Below, in pieces: positions 1 to 12,065 of a DNA stretch of 64,000 nucleotides; position 1 is the first letter of the stretch; every line of letters begins with the position of its first letter. Both the position numbers and the translations under genes were made by a program. Origin of the DNA: Marsupella aquatica (taxonomy: Eukaryota; Plantae; Marchantiophyta); contig OZ316893.1 of NCBI GenBank assembly GCA_973895155.1, positions 19,410,857-19,474,856 of the forward strand, in the 5' to 3' direction. Under the pieces are notes generated by a model. It ran no database searches and was not told the origin of the DNA. It was given only the letters and a program-made list of their open reading frames with translations.

Positions 1-1356
1 CTTCCATTGCGAGCCTTGCACCTTTGGCCTTTTTGGGTGCGTGGGCGGCCGCCTTCTCATTGTTGGCCGATCGTTTCCTTACTGAGGATCGCCCTTTTTT
101 ACTTTCATCTCTCATGGAGGTAGAGGAGGGTTCCCTCCCGTTTCAGGTTCATTTGCGCGCGACGCGGTCATCATTACCAGATCCCGTTCGTGTTGCGTTA
201 CCTTCTTTTCAGGAGTTTTTATCCTTGGATCCCGTCCGTCTTCAGGCAGACCTCGCTGGGCGTATGCATGCTTTCACCCTTTCCAGCATCCTCTCCGAGG
301 CACCTGACACAGACCGAGCTCGGATTCTTTCTTCCAGAGGGAAGGGCGCAGGAGGATGGCTTCAGGCCAATCCAGCCATTCCTCATTTGCGGATGTCTTC
401 AGCGGAGTTCTCCATAGCCATGCGTCTTCGTATGGGGCTGCCCCACCCACTTCTTGCAGGTTTACCTCCTTCTTGCCCTTGTGGGAAGCCTTGTGATGCC
501 ACAGGTGTCCATCTTCTTCGGTGCAGTTTGGGAGGTGAAACCATTACTGTTCACGACGCGGTGCGCGATGCAACTGCTCAAGTTCTCTCTGGCTCTTTGG
601 TATGCGTGCGGCGGGAGGTGGTACTCGAGGTTACCTGGTCCTCCATCCCAGTGGTTACGGGTGGATCTTACTATGGTCCGTGAGGGTCAACGTACTTTGG
701 CAGATGTAGTGGTGGCAAACCCATTGCGCCAAGACATCCTTGGGACAACGGCAACAACAGTAGGGGCAGCAGCGTCACGTGCGACAACAACGAAGGAGGC
801 CAAATATGCTGCACGCGCTTCATCCGACAGCTTCCTCCCCCTTGCTCTGGAGCTCTTCGGGCGTCTTCATCCTCAGTTTGATGGGCTTCTTCGGCAAGCT
901 GCCCGGGATGTTCATGGCCGAATGGGTCCCACCGGACCCCCGCTATCTGTTTTGACCACGCACTTTCGCCAACGCATTTCAGTCACCTTACAGCGTGCTC
1001 AAGCTCGGGCCATCTATCGTCGATCTCTTACAGTGGGTGCTAGTGTGCCTCCGCAGCGGCTAGCTCCCCTAGAGGATGTTCCAATCCCACTTGCCGATCT
1101 AGTTTTGACCCTTGATGTGGACCATTAGCTTTTTGTCACATTTGCTACGAATGATGTGGACCTCGGTCCGGTTGGGTTAGTTTTAGTCCCTCTTTCTTGG
1201 TTTTTAGGGGTTCCCTATTGCTCATTTCTTACTTTTAGTTCCTCTTTTTTGGTGTTTTGAGGTTCCCTTTTGTTCACTTCTTTTCGGTTTGGTTTGTCCA
1301 CTTGGACCCTCATTTGTTTGTTCTTGTGTACAGTGTTTGGTCCCTTTCTATAAAAA
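1..1356 (+). mobile_element. 3' part of a CRE-like (restriction-like endonuclease, RLE) non-LTR retrotransposon, one frameshift near 625-660
   Basis: ORF 24..683 has GAGGWLQANP, a CCHC knuckle CPCGKPCDATGVHLLRC and VHDAVRD. ORF 454..1128 continues with the RLE motifs RVDL...LADVVV...KEAKY...FLPLALELFGRL...RQRISVTLQRAQA. A T-rich 3' UTR (1129-1350) follows, then a short A-run and a (GT)n(TA)n microsatellite. Confidence 0.8.
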
Positions 1357-1540
1357 GTGTGTGTATATATATATATCTATACGAAAAGGAACAAACAAAT
1401 ACAAAGAAGGGAAAGCAAAAGAGGTCAACAAACACCAAATGTAAAAAAGAGGCAAATGCAACCCAAAAACTGGGGGAGAGGGTGGAGTAAAAAAAAGCTG
1501 AGATAACTCAAGATATACATTTGACGGATCTCTAACTTGA

Positions 1541-1642
1541 AAAAGTGTTCCTTGATGGACCCCATGGGATTCCGGGTAAGTTAATTTAAGGTTCACCAAC
1601 TGTCTGCCGGATCACTGATGGGGTCCATCAAGTAACATTTTA
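1541..1642. repeat. Inverted repeat / hairpin
   Basis: gttccttgatggaccccat (1548-1566) pairs with atggggtccatcaagtaac (1618-1636) with 1 mismatch, and pairing extends imperfectly on both sides. Confidence 0.75.
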
Positions 1643-1940
1643 GGATTCCATGAAGCATACCTCTCAATAAATGCATTATCTTACCAAGGGGGTTTTACAA
1701 GAGGGGGGGGGGGGGGGCATTCAATATCTCTCCATCCAAAGAAAAATTGAGACCAATTTCATACACTAAAGTTAAAATGCCTGAGTCAAAATGTGTAGCT
1801 TTTGGAGATAATCAATGCAATTCCCTGAAAGGAAGTGGCCCCTTGCTCCATTTTTCTAGACCACCTCAAGAGGAGGTCTAAGTTTTTGACCAAAAAACTT
1901 TTTTTTTTTAAATGAGACCCACTAGGGGCCTAGCGAAGAT

Positions 1941-2385
1941 GACTAGGTCAGGTAATGGTTTTGCCTGATTATGCCATCAAGTTCATGTAAAGTGAAATCT
2001 GACATGTTCCCACATTTGAATGGCTAGATTGCATTGCACAACGAGAACTAGGGAATTTCTGTCCCGAGTGCTTATAATGCCACCTCAAATACACCCATGC
2101 TTTGCCTCTGGAGAACTAGAATTGCTGCCCCCAAGTTCTTGTAAACCTACACCAATGTTTGCCCCAGTTAACTAGGTTAGGTAATGGTTTTGCATGATTG
2201 TACCCTCAACATATGACCAGGTTAGGTTATGGCTTTGCATGATTGTACCCTCAAGTTCATGTAAAGTGAAGTCTGACCTGTTTCAACATTTGAATGGCTA
2301 GGATTGCATCTCACAAAGAGAAAAAAAGAGGATTGCTGCCCAGAGATCTTGTAAAACCACGCTTAAGCATACCCATGCTGCCTCC
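1941..2385. repeat. Degenerate direct repeat (two ~170-bp units plus an internal ~45-bp duplication)
   Basis: Shared blocks aggtaatggttttgc.tgatt, tcaagttcatgtaaagtgaa.tctgac, catttgaatggctag and acccatgct occur at 1950-2100 and 2178-2380. Confidence 0.75.
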
Positions 2386-3192
2386 AGTGTTTTTTTAGTG
2401 GCAAAAATTAGCTAGATTCCACCTCCCCAAAAATCTTTCGCCACTTTTGACAAAAATTTGCTACTATTTTGCTGTCTCATTAGCCAGTGTTCCACCTAAT
2501 CCCAGGCCGCAGGGCCAGAATCTAAGGGTCAGCCTTAAATCTAGGGAGATCAGACAGTCAAGAAAAAATTGAATAGAGAATCTTCTGAGCATCTTCTCAC
2601 ACACACACTACATTCGCCACTCTGGCTACAAAGTGAAATCCTTAAAAAATACGCTGTCTGCCTCTGCTGCTTTCGGAAAGCGCACCTTCTCGACACTTTT
2701 CAAGGCTTTCTATTTTTGAGACTGGCCCAAACGGTTTCGAGCAGCTGCGGGCATCCTCATTCTCTTCTTTTTTGCTGGAATGATGGTCTCTGACCTCACC
2801 TCCACCTCTTGCATGACCTACTCCTTGCCCCACCCCACTGGCCACTGCCCCAGGATCAGAACGATCCAAGCTCAAATTTCCAAAGCGCCGTTTTTTTTGA
2901 GTGGTGGGCCTGTAAATGAAGGCCGTTCTTCAGCTTCGAATGTCTGTTCTGGGGTTAGGCAAGTGCCTGTAATAAGAAGCCCTGCTGCCTCGAGCTCGAA
3001 GGGCTTCAGTTGACGGGACGATCTCACTGCTGTAAATTCTCCTGCCTGAGACATTCTTCTGTGGCTCTGTGATTCTGTGGGCTTTTGAGTGAGAGTTCCT
3101 CCCGTGCCTCTCCCGCGCCGTGTTGATGTGATTTGGACGAATCTGCTGGATTTTCAATTGGGTCTCAGTGCAGGTGAAGGTTTTTTAAAGGG

Positions 3193-6100
3193 ATGGTAGC
3201 AGCAGGAGTGGGGGCGGCCATGGCAACAGCAACAGCAGTGGCTAGCAGCGGCCGGACTCTTCTGTTTTCACCAATTGCAGTGAGCCCTGCTAGAGTTTGC
3301 TACTCCAACTCGCTCCACCAGTACCTTCCCCGGTCCAGCGTAAGCCTAAACAACAATGGATCCGGCGAATGGAATTTGACGACAAGCAGCGGAAGGGTTG
3401 TCCGGTGTTCTGTGCAGGTAGCGGAAGGTGCCGCTTCCACGGCAGGTAGAGACTTTGCCTGTTTGTCTGTCCGACGACCTTACAAACGTAGCCTTTTATT
3501 TTTCTTCACGGAAATTACCGCATTACTGTCTGGTTCAGGTTGTGACCGTAATGTTGCGCGAAGATCAGAACATCTCTGCAAAGGCCAGTATATCTTTGAT
3601 AGACCGAGTGAAGGCGGGTCTAATGCTTATCTGTTGAGATTCAGTAGCTCGTCGAAGCGTTAACGAAAAGTGGCCTTACAACGCTTTTGAACTGCAGCAA
3701 AGCGACCCTGGAAGACGGTCGACACTAGGCTGGTGCTTGAAGATGGATCAATCTGGCGTGGCAAGTCATTCGGAGCTCCTGGTACTAAAGTTGGTGAAGT
3801 TGTCTTCAACACTTCTCTTACCGGGTATGGCTTCTTTGTCAATCCCTCCCTGCAGTTTAACGATTGCAGAGAGAGGGCTATCTTTTTGAGAGTTGGTTAA
3901 CCCCGAATTAGGCACCGGTAGGATGTCTCTAGTTTGCATTGTCTGAGAGATTGTGACTGGACTCCATCTGAGTGGGACAATAGTAAGGATTTTGTCCTTG
4001 ACCGAATTCCCGTTCTCATGGTGGGGTGATTCTTCAAAAAACCAATCCTTTTTAAGAACAAATCTATGATCTGGGAATTATAATATAGCCAAGGCCGTTG
4101 GTCCTTCCGTGTATACCGCATCTTTGGAAGGTTTTAACCCCTCAACGAGAATGGAGATGACCTTCAAATTGAGACTGAAGGCATCGTACTTTGTGCATTT
4201 TGCGGCAGCTACCAGGAGATATTGACAGACCCTAGCTACGCTGGTCAGATCGTGCTCATGACGCAGCCCCACATCGGCAACACTGGTGTTAATACGGGTA
4301 AACTTCCAGCTGCATTTTCTAGACAGAAGTGGCCGGTGAAAAGTATGAAGTACAGTACATTACACATTTATTAGGCGTATAGGCAATGTGTCGGTGAATG
4401 GCTGATGGCTTTATCTCTTGCATTTCCTGATGGTGGATTCACTTTCAGACAGAATTGAGGTCTGTTTCTGACTTATGCACACCAGCTTCTTGAGAAACAC
4501 GATCTTTTCGGAGTGAGAGTGAGCAGGATTTGTAGATTATATCTTAGTTTTCAAGAAATATATGTTAAATCCGGAATAGGACTGTTTCCGAAACTGAGAT
4601 CTTACTTTTGCATCCTACGGTATTCGATATTTTGGACATTTTTGGGTTAGAACTATTAACAATAAACCTTTTGAACCATTTTCAGATGATGAAGAGGCAT
4701 CGACAATTTTTCTGACTGGCCTTATTATTCGGGACTTGAGTAATCGGTAAGCAGGATAAAGCTACAGTACTTTGTTGTTGAGAAAAGAGGGACTCGACTT
4801 GTATATTGCGTTTGTGTACAACCTGCTTTATCACCTTTCTAAGAATTTTAGTCTTGTTGCGCGTTTAGCTTGCTGGATTGTACTTTCTGGAGATTCACCT
4901 TCCCCAGATGTATGGACTTCTAATGAATGAATCATTAAATAATGGCACGCTAAGGATTATCTGATGCATTCATAACTGATTACAAATTGTGGCTATTTTG
5001 GTTTTTAAGGGTTTCCAATTGGAGGTCAACACAGACACTCCCTGACTATCTTCAGAAGAACAATGTCATGGGGATTTGTAAGTGGCCTTTTCGTGCTGCT
5101 TTTGAGATCTCTAATTGATCTTGTTTGTCTTTGATGCATTATCCTCTCGTTAGTGTGGTCGATAATGTTCGGAGACTTTTACTGTTGCAGCTGACATTGA
5201 TACACGAGCTATCACGAGAAGACTTCGGGAGGAAGGAAGCCTCGTTGGAGTACTTACAACTGAAACGACCAAGACAGACGAAGAACTGCTAACAATGGCT
5301 AAGAACTGGACTATAGTGGGTTTGTCTCAAACACCTGTCCTACATCCGGTACCTGCTTTTGAGGTTTAGTACCAAATGCATTGCTATGAATTTCATGCCA
5401 TGCAGTGGGACCCCCAGGTATGGTAATCAGGATCAATTTGTCCTGTACGATCCAGACAATTGCAGTTGATTGTTGCTTGTGAGTGTACGGACACTACTAA
5501 GGTGACGGGGTGATCTCTCTGTTTTCAGGAAAAGACCTCATATCTGGAGTGTCTTGCTCTGAACCCTATGAGTGGACGAACAAAACAGCCGAAGACTGGG
5601 AATTCAGTAAAAAAATTACTGATGGTGACTTTGAACCATTCAAGGTGGGTCTGGATCGGGAGCCTTAGAGTTTGAATCATCTGATATCATTACCTACGCT
5701 CCTTTGTTGAAGTTTTAGTAGAAATTCTTGTCGAGAATCGGTATTGAATGTGCATATTTGGATCAGCTTGTTACCTAGCACCATCGCTGTGAATAAATGT
5801 ATTTTAGGAACATTGAATTGGTATCTAACGAGTGCTTTGCCTCTGCATGTATTGATTAGTAGGTTGGCCATGACTATCGCTTCGGTAATTTCTTTAGAGC
5901 TGAAAAGTGGCATCTGACAATTCTGCTTTCTGTGCATACTTGATCAGGTTGTTGCCTATGACTACGGCTGCAAGGCAAACATCTTGAAGCGTTTGACTTC
6001 CTATGGATGCAAAATTACCGTTGTTCCGTCCTCATTTCCATCATCAGAAGTGTTAAAGATGAAGCCAGATGGAGTACTGTTCAGCAATGGACCTGGGGAT

Positions 6101-7024
6101 CCATCAGCTGTACCATATGCTGTCCAAAGTGTGAAGGATCTTGTCGGCCAGGTACCAGTGTTTGGAATCTGTATGGGTCATCAGCTCCTTGGGCAGGCTC
6201 TCGGTGGTGTGACCTTCAAGATGAAATTTGGTCATCATGGAGGCAATCACCCAGTTAGACATCTAGCCACAGGACGCATTGATATTAGTGCACAGGTGCG
6301 AGTCATACTAGCCCCTCACGAAGTTGCTGCCTTCTGTTCTTTTAGGCTCTCGCTGCTTTCTGATGAAGCAGTTCTCATGCCTTGCCCTTTTGTCTGGCTT
6401 GCAGAATCATAACTATGCTGTTGATCCGGCGTCTCTGCCTGAAGGGGTGGAAGTTACTCATATTAATCTAAATGATGGCACTTGTGCCGGACTTAGTTTT
6501 CCTGCCTTGAAAGTGATGAGTATCCAATATCACCCTGAATCCTCGCCTGGCCCACATGATGCAGACTCAGGTATGTCATCCTAATCAATCATGACTTCCG
6601 ACCTAATCAATCTTGACTTCCGACGATCCATTAGGTCACTAAGGTTCCACATTGAGGGGAGGGAGAGCCTAGACAGTTGTAACTCAGCGAATATTTGGTT
6701 TTATTGAGAAACGAAGCCAAATTGCCTGCTTGAAACCCAAGTCGATTGCAAACTGTTGCAGGGACATGGTGTAGTTTTTGGACGTGGAACTTACTTCAGT
6801 TGTTACATAGAGGGGAAGCACAACCATGTTACTAGTTTCCTTTATCGTGTGTACAGTTTAGTGGTTGTAAGGTTGCAGTACTTAGTGAGCGTTCTGCAAT
6901 GTTGAAAGGTGTCAAAAAGACGATTTTCCGTCTCACTTCGTTGTTTGTCTGTCGTCTGCCGGCAGTCTTCTACGACTTTGTGCAGATTATGAAGCAAAAT
7001 CGAGCATCTCAAAATGGAAGGTAG
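3193..7024 (+). CDS. carA: Carbamoyl-phosphate synthase small (glutaminase) subunit, plastid-targeted, 10 coding exons
   Basis: Exons approx. 3193-3445, 3698-3825, 4209-4297, 4686-4746, 5010-5077, 5191-5319, 5529-5644, 5948-6295, 6405-6570, 6966-7024. The spliced product has an Ala/Ser-rich transit peptide, [42 protein letters not shown] (catalytic Cys), QNHNYAV and [12 protein letters not shown] (His-Glu of the triad). It ends at TAG 7022-7024. Confidence 0.96.
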
Positions 7025-8594
7025 AGAGGGAAAGAGTACTACGGAGAACGGTGTAGATGGCTAAACTTGTCAATCTGTTATTAGGCGTTGCTCTGCATAG
7101 CCCCTCAGCTCCTCATGTAATTAGCTCTCCAATGTCTGCCATCAATTTATGCTGAGTACACATCCACAGCACAGACATGCACTGATAATAACATTGCTAT
7201 TCTGGAAGATATGGTATTCTGGAAGATATGGAGATCACAATTTTGTAGTCCATTATTGTTTGGGAGATAGTGAGTACCTAGGCTGTCACAGGTAGTGTTC
7301 CATCGGCTTTAGAATGTACTCAGTTTTCTTAAATGTTATCAAGTACTTACAACACGGCACAGACCCCAGTAGTGTGGTCTTGTTGGAGTTCAGTAGATAT
7401 AGTAACCCCCATGTCTGTCATCCATCCATGTATTTGTAGTGACATTTGACAGTAGTAAACATTATTGATTTAGACGCGCTCCTGTGTTTGCTGATTGTAT
7501 TTGAATGCAGTGTTGCATTGCCTTACAGCATTCATCAAGTCTACATAAATTTGAGACACTTGTGTAGTGCACAGGACCCATGATCCAGCCGACATATTTT
7601 TTATATTTTGTAAAAAAGAGTTTCGAGGAAGAAGTCTCGAGGGCGATACAGAACTTCAGCTCTTTTGCAATATTTGGTCATCTGAAGTCTTTGCTGAGCC
7701 CAGAACAATCTATTCACTGAAAATTCAATGACGGATCCTCGACGAGCTTTTGAAGCCAAGGATTATCGTTCGGTGGGATTTGGAATGAAGTGCACAGGAA
7801 CTTTGTAATTTCCGAGAGACGTTATGTTTGTTGTACACTCGGTGTGGATCTGGCACTGTACCCAATTTAGAGGATTCATTTGTTTCATACAAATTGTGGC
7901 AGTTTCTGGTAAATCTCATGAAGCCAGCGCTCGACAGAAAACCTACCATGAAAAACAAATTTCAATCTAAATACCGTGAACAGTCATCCTTTGCTTGATC
8001 TGCCTCCCAAAACTTGTGGCACCCTTTCCTTGCTTGGCACTTCTCGACTTCTTGCTTGTCTGAAATTGAAATTCGGAGACAGCTGGAGCTTCTTTCAGCT
8101 CCAACGGGGATCTCCATCCCAAACCTCTTGCACAAACTAAGTTCCTAAGCGTGGATGGAAAAGTAACTTAAAAAATAGAAGTTTTATTATATAAACCAAA
8201 ATACCCTAAACGCTTGCCTTTAAAATTTTCTTTTTTCTTTACAAAGATGACGTTTACTTTAGGGGTTTTGTTTATTCTTTTCTTTCAGATATTTACAAAA
8301 GTTGAGGCATCGTGGACCATAATGTCCCCTCAACCTTTGGCTAGATATACTACTTTGCCCTCTACGCGAGTTTAGAAACTAAAATAAATAAAATCCTTCA
8401 AGTTAAAAGATCACACAATAGTGACTCAAGAAAATAAGATGCCATTGTTTTTGGTAATTTTTGTTTTATATGATAAACCTTATATACTTTGGATTGCACG
8501 TTCCTGTGTTGAAGGGACATTGCATATCTCACTATTGTAGAAAATGAATGCTCTAATGTACAAAAGTCAAGAAAGTGTTTTTCCTATATTGTAA

Positions 8595-8716
8595 GGTCCT
8601 GTTTGTGGGGCATTGCAGGCCATGATGCCCCACCATAATGCCTGGAAAAACAAAAAGCTTTAATAGCCTGAGTTTTGAGGGGCTATTGTTGTCCATAATA
8701 CTTTGTTAACAGGACT
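8595..8716. mobile_element. Tourist/PIF-Harbinger-like MITE remnant
   Basis: Termini ggtcctgtt...aacaggact, flanked by taa/tta. A related degenerate internal sequence recurs at ~8860-8950. Confidence 0.4.
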
Positions 8717-9658
8717 TTAATACACTTAAGAGCCTGATAAAATTTTAATTCTAACTATTCTTAGTAAAACTATAAGAGAAATTTAATAATGAGACATCCA
8801 AATCTTTAGTGAGAATTCTTCTCCAAGATTCCTGACAATCTCAAAAGAAGTATCACACAAGGGGTATTGTGAAAAATAATGCCCCCAAGTTTCAGCTCCA
8901 GTTTTGTTTTGAGAGCTTACTATTTTCCATAATGCTCTCAAAATAGTACCTTAATATATTTCTAGGCCAAAGAGGTTTTCATTATACTCGTAAAAGTAAA
9001 GTAGATATAAATCTGCACACCATATTTTCTCCAAAAATGCCAAAATGTAGTCTTTAGGTTTGTCAAAATTCTCCAATGGATTTTTGTAACTCAGATGGAC
9101 CACATTCTACTCACAATGTCACGGAATAGTCCTAATTAATAGTCCTACTTAGTCCATCCTGATTATGTGGTTTCTGTCTAGGGTCCATGTGAGCATAGTT
9201 TTCCGAAAAATACACTGAAAATAACAAATAAAAAAATCACAAAAGTCTTTACTGTAACTTATTACTTGTCACCATGCTGCGAGTAAGCATTAGGGTGTGT
9301 CAAAACAACAGCATGAAAAAGATACCGACAAGGCCATAAAAACTCTTTAATGGCCAGTACATAACTCTTTATTAGGGGCCCAAAAATTTTCAACCATAAA
9401 ACTTACTTTTCTTATGGTGAACATTGACACGCCCTATTCCGTTTACTCTACTCTATTTCTGTAGGGTGATAGGAACGAACGAAAATGCTAGGATCGCTGA
9501 CAGACCTAAAATGCTGGAGGGACACATACGGAGGAGGCTACGGTCCGAATAATGATGCTGTGCTATGGCTTCGGCCTGGTTGTCCGGTAAGTTGATCACC
9601 AGTGACAAGTTTCGGAACAAGAAGAGCTCGAGCAATCGCGAGGTCAGCAGTCCAGAGA

Positions 9659-11982
9659 ATGCTGCAGCGGCCAGATTATCGTGCGGGCCGGTTTGAGCGT
9701 GCTGTGAAAGTGTACACCGTGTGCGACGAATCCAGGTCCGTAAATCACTGCTTCTCGGCGGCGGAGGAACTTTCGGATGAGTACTGGTGATTTTCGGTGA
9801 TTTTCGCGAAGCCAAGAGAATGAATGATGATGCTTTGTCGCATCTCTCTGGCGCTCGAATTTATCTTTAATCCTGTCTCCCTTCGTTTTCCAGAGCATGC
9901 GTATTGAAGCGCGTCGACGAGCGTTCTCTACTTCTGCTCAATTGAATTGGCCTTTCAATCTTCGAGTGCAGGTTTTTGATCGTGCGGAATGTACCTGCTC
10001 TAGGTTGCGTTGACGATTTGGTGAAGCTTTTTGGACTCTATGGCGACATCGACGAGTGAGTTCTCCCTATTTTCTTCCTTCCTGAAGAGCCTTCCGACTT
10101 AGTACATCGTTTGTCGCTTTCCTCGTGGTGTACACTCCAGTGCAGGTGGTCTTGCCCATTAACTGGCTATTTCGCGAGAGCTACTTGCCACGGTCGCCTT
10201 CGGCAGATGCTACGGAAAGCTTAAGAGTGAAATCTGCTAACTGAAGATGTTCAATCTGCAGATATAGATTACTCGATGACGAGGATTGTGAGCCTTACAC
10301 TGACGTGTACTGGATCAAATATGTGAAGTACAGTAATGCAAGGTATGCTGCGGTTACAGTTTAGGGCAATTGGCTCCGGTACGTGAGTTCTTGAATTATT
10401 TTGGATGGTTTTCGTTTCTCCTATCTATTGTGACGTCATTCAGAGATGTACCATAGTCACTTAATTGTAGCCTCATGTTCTGATTGGGTTCGATTGTGGA
10501 GGTGTAGATTCGCAAAAAGGAAGCTCGATAATTATCAGTTTCTCGGAAATTTGCTTGCCGTCTCTTATGGCCCAAATCATGAAAGCTTAAATGACACAAA
10601 AAATAAATTAGAGGAGAGGAGAAGGGCTGTTCTGAGTAGGATTCAAGGTATTTATTCATTCCGAGCACCTGTCCTCCAGTGAATTCTGTGTTTTCGTTTC
10701 ATACCAATTTTGTTACAAAGTTTTACGGATTACATCGGTTGTGATGGTGGGTTATGAATTTGCAGTACTTAATCAAGGGGCCGTAGTGAGGCCTCGTCAA
10801 GAGCAGCGACCTACCTCACGGTCGAAAGATCCTCTTCTGGGACATTTTCTTGACCCTGAACAATATCCACCCTTTCCTTTGGATCACCTGTCTGGGATCT
10901 CTGGGTAAGTGCCTTTTGAATAACGGCTAGATCTTATTTGCACTGGTGAAGCATGTCCCGAGAGCGTTATTGGGAACTGCTGCAAATCGTTTGATGTCCC
11001 TATTCTGCTGGTGTCCATTTACCGATAGTACATGATTTGCATTTTGACATTTGTAACAGCCACCGGCAGACGCCTGTTTGCAAGCACAGTTAGCCTCTAA
11101 GCAATAAATGTCCCCTTCTCCCATCAATGATGCTCACACCTCTGTAGCCATCTGTTCATTCATCAATTTACGAAAACATTCAGAGGAACTTGTTAGTCTT
11201 CCTTGGCAGAATCATTATTCTCTATATATCTCCGTATAATTTGCTCATCCTGCTAGGAAATCTGTATTTTATGTGGGTGGTTTATATTGAAGTATGACAT
11301 TGTGGGATATCCATGTTTAGGGGCGCGAATGTTGATGGAGCAAAGAACTCGGAAATCAGACATCCTACACAAGTGATAGGAGGAGACTACAGTTCGAGCC
11401 ACCAGGTATACTGGTATTAGTGTCGTCAGTTCGGATGAATGAAAGTCAGAAGAATTTGTGGAGTAAATTTTGGACTTGGTCATTGAATCTGCCATCTTGG
11501 AACATGTTCTTCTGCATCAGCGTTGTAATCCTAGTACATGAGGAGGTATTAACTGGGGCTATTTTTCCTTGTGTTTCAAACTGGCATGTTTTCTTGGTGG
11601 TTCACAGGATTCAATCTCAGAGTCAATGAACAAAACTGTACAATCAGTGCGGGAGAAACTCAATAGGGTAATTATCGTACCCTTCTGACCACACATAGAA
11701 ATGTTCGTCAATCACGACCTAAGAGTCTTAAAATTTGTTAACAGTTTGCAAATACGGAAGAACTGTTCAGGCGTTTTGTGTGATTCTTTAAAGAGGTTCC
11801 AGGAAGGCTGAAGTGATTCTTTTCTGTGTTAGATTTCCGAAGTAAAGATTTCTCCTCCAATTATAGTTCAGCAAGAGGTTAGTGGACCGGTTGAGCAAGA
11901 AGCTAAAGGGAAGCGACTTCTTCAGGAGGACGAAGTGCCAATGACCTACAGAAAGCGACAGAATAATCGAAGACGGATCTAA
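9659..11982 (+). CDS. RBM48: RNA-binding protein 48 (minor-spliceosome-associated RRM protein), 8 coding exons
   Basis: Exons approx. 9659-9735, 9972-10055, 10262-10341, 10508-10647, 10766-10903, 11321-11405, 11608-11667, 11833-11982, with consistent phases. Peptides: RAVKVYTVCDESR-FLIVRNVPALGCVDDLVKLFGLYG, EDCEPYTDVYWIKY, FAKRKLDNYQFLG..SYGP, SMNKTVQSVREKL and the plant-type C-terminus NRRRI*. Confidence 0.92.
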
Positions 11983-12065
11983 GCTGAAGGTGTTTATAGC
12001 AAGAAACGATCCAGGTGAATTTCTTTCTCAAGAATTGTGTCCCTGCAAGACGAGACAGGGGAGAT

